A stretch of DNA of 64,000 nucleotides. It comes from Polaromonas sp. Its GTDB lineage: Bacteria > Pseudomonadota > Gammaproteobacteria > Burkholderiales > Burkholderiaceae_C. Every line of letters starts with the position of its first letter. Position 1 is the stretch's first letter. Shown here piece by piece: positions 61,130 through 64,000 of this stretch. A model generated the notes under the pieces. That model saw nothing but the letters and a program-made list of their open reading frames with translations. It had not been told where the DNA came from and searched no databases. The stretch is from positions 4,086 through 68,085 of the forward strand of contig JBIKPY010000006.1 in the NCBI GenBank assembly GCA_044357185.1, given 5' to 3'. The translations under genes were made by a program, and so were the position numbers.

Positions 61130-61603
61130 ATGCCACGTCGTCGCGAAGTCCCTAAACGTGAAATTCTTCCTGATCCAAAATTTGGCGATGTCGATCTCGC
61201 CAAGTTCATGAACGTGATCATGCAAGGCGGTAAAAAAGCCGTCGCCGAGCGCATCATTTATGGCGCGCTCGACTTTATCGAGAAAAAGAACCCCGGCAAA
61301 GACCCGCTCGAGGCTTTCCACATGGCCATCGGCAACATCAAGCCCATGGTTGAAGTGAAGTCCCGTCGTGTCGGCGGTGCCAACTACCAGGTGCCGGTTG
61401 AAGTTCGCCCTGTGCGCCGTATGGCTTTGGCCATGCGCTGGCTCAAAGAAGCTGCCAAAAAGCGTGGTGAAAAATCCATGTCTTTGCGTCTGGCCAATGA
61501 GCTAATGGAAGCAACCGAAGGCCGTGGCGGCGCCATGAAAAAGCGTGACGAAGTTCACCGCATGGCCGAAGCCAACAAGGCCTTCAGCCACTTCCGCTTC
61601 TAA
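61130..61603 (+). CDS. rpsG: 30S ribosomal protein S7
   Basis: [29 protein letters not shown]. Confidence 0.99.
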   Translation: MPRRREVPKREILPDPKFGDVDLAKFMNVIMQGGKKAVAERIIYGALDFIEKKNPGKDPLEAFHMAIGNIKPMVEVKSRRVGGANYQVPVEVRPVRRMALAMRWLKEAAKKRGEKSMSLRLANELMEATEGRGGAMKKRDEVHRMAEANKAFSHFRF

Positions 61604-61798
61604 AGTCGATGTGCGTGTTGGCTGCAGGAATTTGAGGCGTTGACAGCTGGCCCCCGGCGCACTGTGTGCCGGGCCCGCAAAGCTCTAGCCCCAATGCCTG
61701 CCGGCTGTCACTGCAAAGTGCCGACGGCACTCGCGCAGTGAAAACATGCGCCATGTTTTTAGTTATCTCTTGTTCGTTTGGTGAACTGAAAGAAATTT

Positions 61799-63901
61799 AT
61801 GTCCCGCGCTACACCCATTAAAAACTACCGCAACATCGGTATTTCCGCGCACATTGACGCCGGCAAAACCACCACGACCGAGCGCATTTTGTTTTACACC
61901 GGCGTGAGCCACAAAATTGGTGAAGTTCATGATGGTGCTGCCACCATGGACTGGATGGAGCAAGAGCAAGAGCGTGGCATCACGATCACCTCGGCGGCCA
62001 CCACCTGCTTTTGGAAGGGCATGGACTCGTCCTACCCTGAGCACCGCATCAACATCATTGACACCCCGGGCCACGTTGACTTCACCATCGAAGTCGAGCG
62101 CTCGATGCGTGTGCTTGACGGCGCTTGCATGGTTTACTGCGCAGTGGGTGGCGTGCAGCCGCAGTCCGAGACCGTCTGGCGCCAGGCCAACAAGTACAAA
62201 GTGCCCCGTCTGGCCTTTGTGAACAAGATGGACCGCACGGGTGCCAACTTCTTCAAGGTTGTCGAAGGCATGAAGCTGCGCCTCAAAGCCAGCCCCGTGC
62301 CCATGGTGATCCCCATCGGCGCTGAAGAAAGCTTTACCGGCGTGGTCGATCTGATCATGATGAAAGCCATCATCTGGGACGAGGCTTCGCAGGGTATGAA
62401 GTTCGAGTACCGCGAAATCCCTCCGGAATTGCTGGCGTCTGCCAAAGAGTGGCGCGAAAAGATGGTTGAGGCCGCCGCCGAAGCCAACGAAGAGCTGATG
62501 AACAAATACCTCGAAGAAGGTGACCTGTCTGAGGCGGAAATTAAATTCGGCATCCGCACCCGTACCATCGCCAGCGAAATCCAGCCCATGTACTGCGGCT
62601 CGGCTTTCAAGAACAAGGGTGTTCAGCGCATGCTGGACGCCGTGATCGACTTCATGCCGGCCCCTATCGACATCCCGCCTGTTTCTGGCACGGACGATGA
62701 CGAAGCACCGGTGAGCCGCAATGCGGACGACGGCGAGAAATTCTCGGCCCTGGCATTCAAGTTGATGACCGACCCGTTTGTGGGTCAGCTCACTTTCGTG
62801 CGCGTTTACTCGGGCGTTCTGAAAAAGGGCGACACCGTTTACAACCCGATCAAGGGCAAGAAAGAGCGTATCGGCCGTATCGTTCAGATGCACGCCAATG
62901 AGCGCCAGGAAGTCAGCGAAATTGTGGCCGGCGACATTGCAGCCTGCGTGGGTCTGAAAGACGTGACGACGGGCGAAACCTTGTGCGATCCGGACGCCAT
63001 CATCATGCTCGAGCGCATGGTGTTCCCTGAGCCTGTGATTGCGCAGGCTGTCGAGCCCAAAACCAAAGCTGACCAGGAAAAAATGGGTATCGCCTTGCAG
63101 CGTCTGGCTGCAGAAGACCCGTCTTTCCGCGTCAAGACCGACGAAGAATCCGGTCAGACCATCATCGCCGGCATGGGCGAGTTGCACCTCGAGATCATCG
63201 TTGACCGCATGAAGCGCGAGTTCGGCGTTGAGGCCAACGTCGGCAAGCCGCAAGTGGCTTACCGCGAGACCATCCGCAAGACCGTGGAAGATGCCGAAGG
63301 CAAGTTCGTGCGTCAGTCCGGCGGTAAGGGTCAGTACGGCCACGTGGTGCTGAAGATCGAACCCAACGAGCCTGGCAAGGGCATTGAATTCATTGACGCC
63401 ATCAAGGGCGGTGTGGTGCCGCGCGAATACATTCCTGCGGTTGAAAAAGGCATTCATGAAGCCGTCACCACAGGCGTTTTGGCCGGCTACCCTGTGGTGG
63501 ACGTCAAAGTCACACTGCACTTCGGTTCGTACCACGACGTGGACTCGAACGAGTTGGCCTTCAAGATGGCTGCTATCTTCGGCTTCAAAGAAGGCTGCCG
63601 CAAGGCCGGCCCGGTGATTCTGGAGCCGATGATGGCCGTAGAAGTCGAAACACCTGAAGACTACGCAGGTAACGTGATGGGCGATTTGTCTTCACGCCGC
63701 GGCATGGTCCAAGGCATGGAAGACATGATCGGCGGCGGCAAGGCCATCAAGGCCGAAGTGCCTCTGTCGGAAATGTTCGGCTACTCGACCACACTGCGAT
63801 CTGCAACGCAAGGCCGTGCCACGTACTCCATGGAGTTCAAGCACTACGCTGAAGCACCACGCAACGTCTCTGAAGCCATCATGGCTGCCCGCGCCAAGTA
63901 A
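61799..63901 (+). CDS. fusA: Elongation factor G
   Basis: [38 protein letters not shown]. Confidence 0.99.
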   Translation: MSRATPIKNYRNIGISAHIDAGKTTTTERILFYTGVSHKIGEVHDGAATMDWMEQEQERGITITSAATTCFWKGMDSSYPEHRINIIDTPGHVDFTIEVERSMRVLDGACMVYCAVGGVQPQSETVWRQANKYKVPRLAFVNKMDRTGANFFKVVEGMKLRLKASPVPMVIPIGAEESFTGVVDLIMMKAIIWDEASQGMKFEYREIPPELLASAKEWREKMVEAAAEANEELMNKYLEEGDLSEAEIKFGIRTRTIASEIQPMYCGSAFKNKGVQRMLDAVIDFMPAPIDIPPVSGTDDDEAPVSRNADDGEKFSALAFKLMTDPFVGQLTFVRVYSGVLKKGDTVYNPIKGKKERIGRIVQMHANERQEVSEIVAGDIAACVGLKDVTTGETLCDPDAIIMLERMVFPEPVIAQAVEPKTKADQEKMGIALQRLAAEDPSFRVKTDEESGQTIIAGMGELHLEIIVDRMKREFGVEANVGKPQVAYRETIRKTVEDAEGKFVRQSGGKGQYGHVVLKIEPNEPGKGIEFIDAIKGGVVPREYIPAVEKGIHEAVTTGVLAGYPVVDVKVTLHFGSYHDVDSNELAFKMAAIFGFKEGCRKAGPVILEPMMAVEVETPEDYAGNVMGDLSSRRGMVQGMEDMIGGGKAIKAEVPLSEMFGYSTTLRSATQGRATYSMEFKHYAEAPRNVSEAIMAARAK

Positions 63902-64000
63902 ATTTTCCTTGTCTGCGATTGTGTGCCCCCCGCTGCCCGTGGCGGGGGAATCAGCAACACAGTGCAGACGTTAAACCTGTCACGTGGCACGTTCTTTATC

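Noticed and set aside
61604-61798. Several hairpins between rpsG and fusA
   Set aside because: Consistent with ordinary intercistronic stability elements; no distinctive motif to support a separate RNA.

Overview
GC-rich betaproteobacterial chromosome segment; gene content and style suggest Comamonadaceae (Polaromonas/Rhodoferax-like, inferred). Most of the window is core genes: split metH with an internal SAH riboswitch, comM, sigma54/NtrC-controlled glnK-amtB, glcE/glcF, lplT/alr, radA, ilvE, ampG, xth/pyrE, gatCAB, mreBCD-mrdA, hemB/hemJ, a D-Ala-D-Ala carboxypeptidase and rpsL-rpsG-fusA. Four accessory features stand out. (1) At 20.1-23.9 kb, a Cys-free, Sec-exported PruR-like (SUOX-fold, putative pterin-binding) protein is co-transcribed with a membrane hybrid histidine kinase, and the pair is divergent from a pteridine-reductase-like SDR and a FolB-family gene. 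This is a candidate pterin-sensing phosphorelay. (2) At 36.3-38.3 kb, a decayed, integrase-less integron cassette cluster holds two attC-like sites in opposite orientation, a GNAT cassette, ccdAB and a CopD-like gene; it truncates the ABC binding-protein gene downstream of atzF. (3) At 4.7-11.8 kb, an uncharacterised molybdo-hydroxylase/amidohydrolase/Bug/PrpD-like catabolic cluster is split by higBA. (4) At 49.46-49.59 kb, there is a candidate three-hairpin sRNA. I saw no rRNA, tRNA, CRISPR array, transposase or integrase. All family assignments come from motif recognition by eye, not from database searches.
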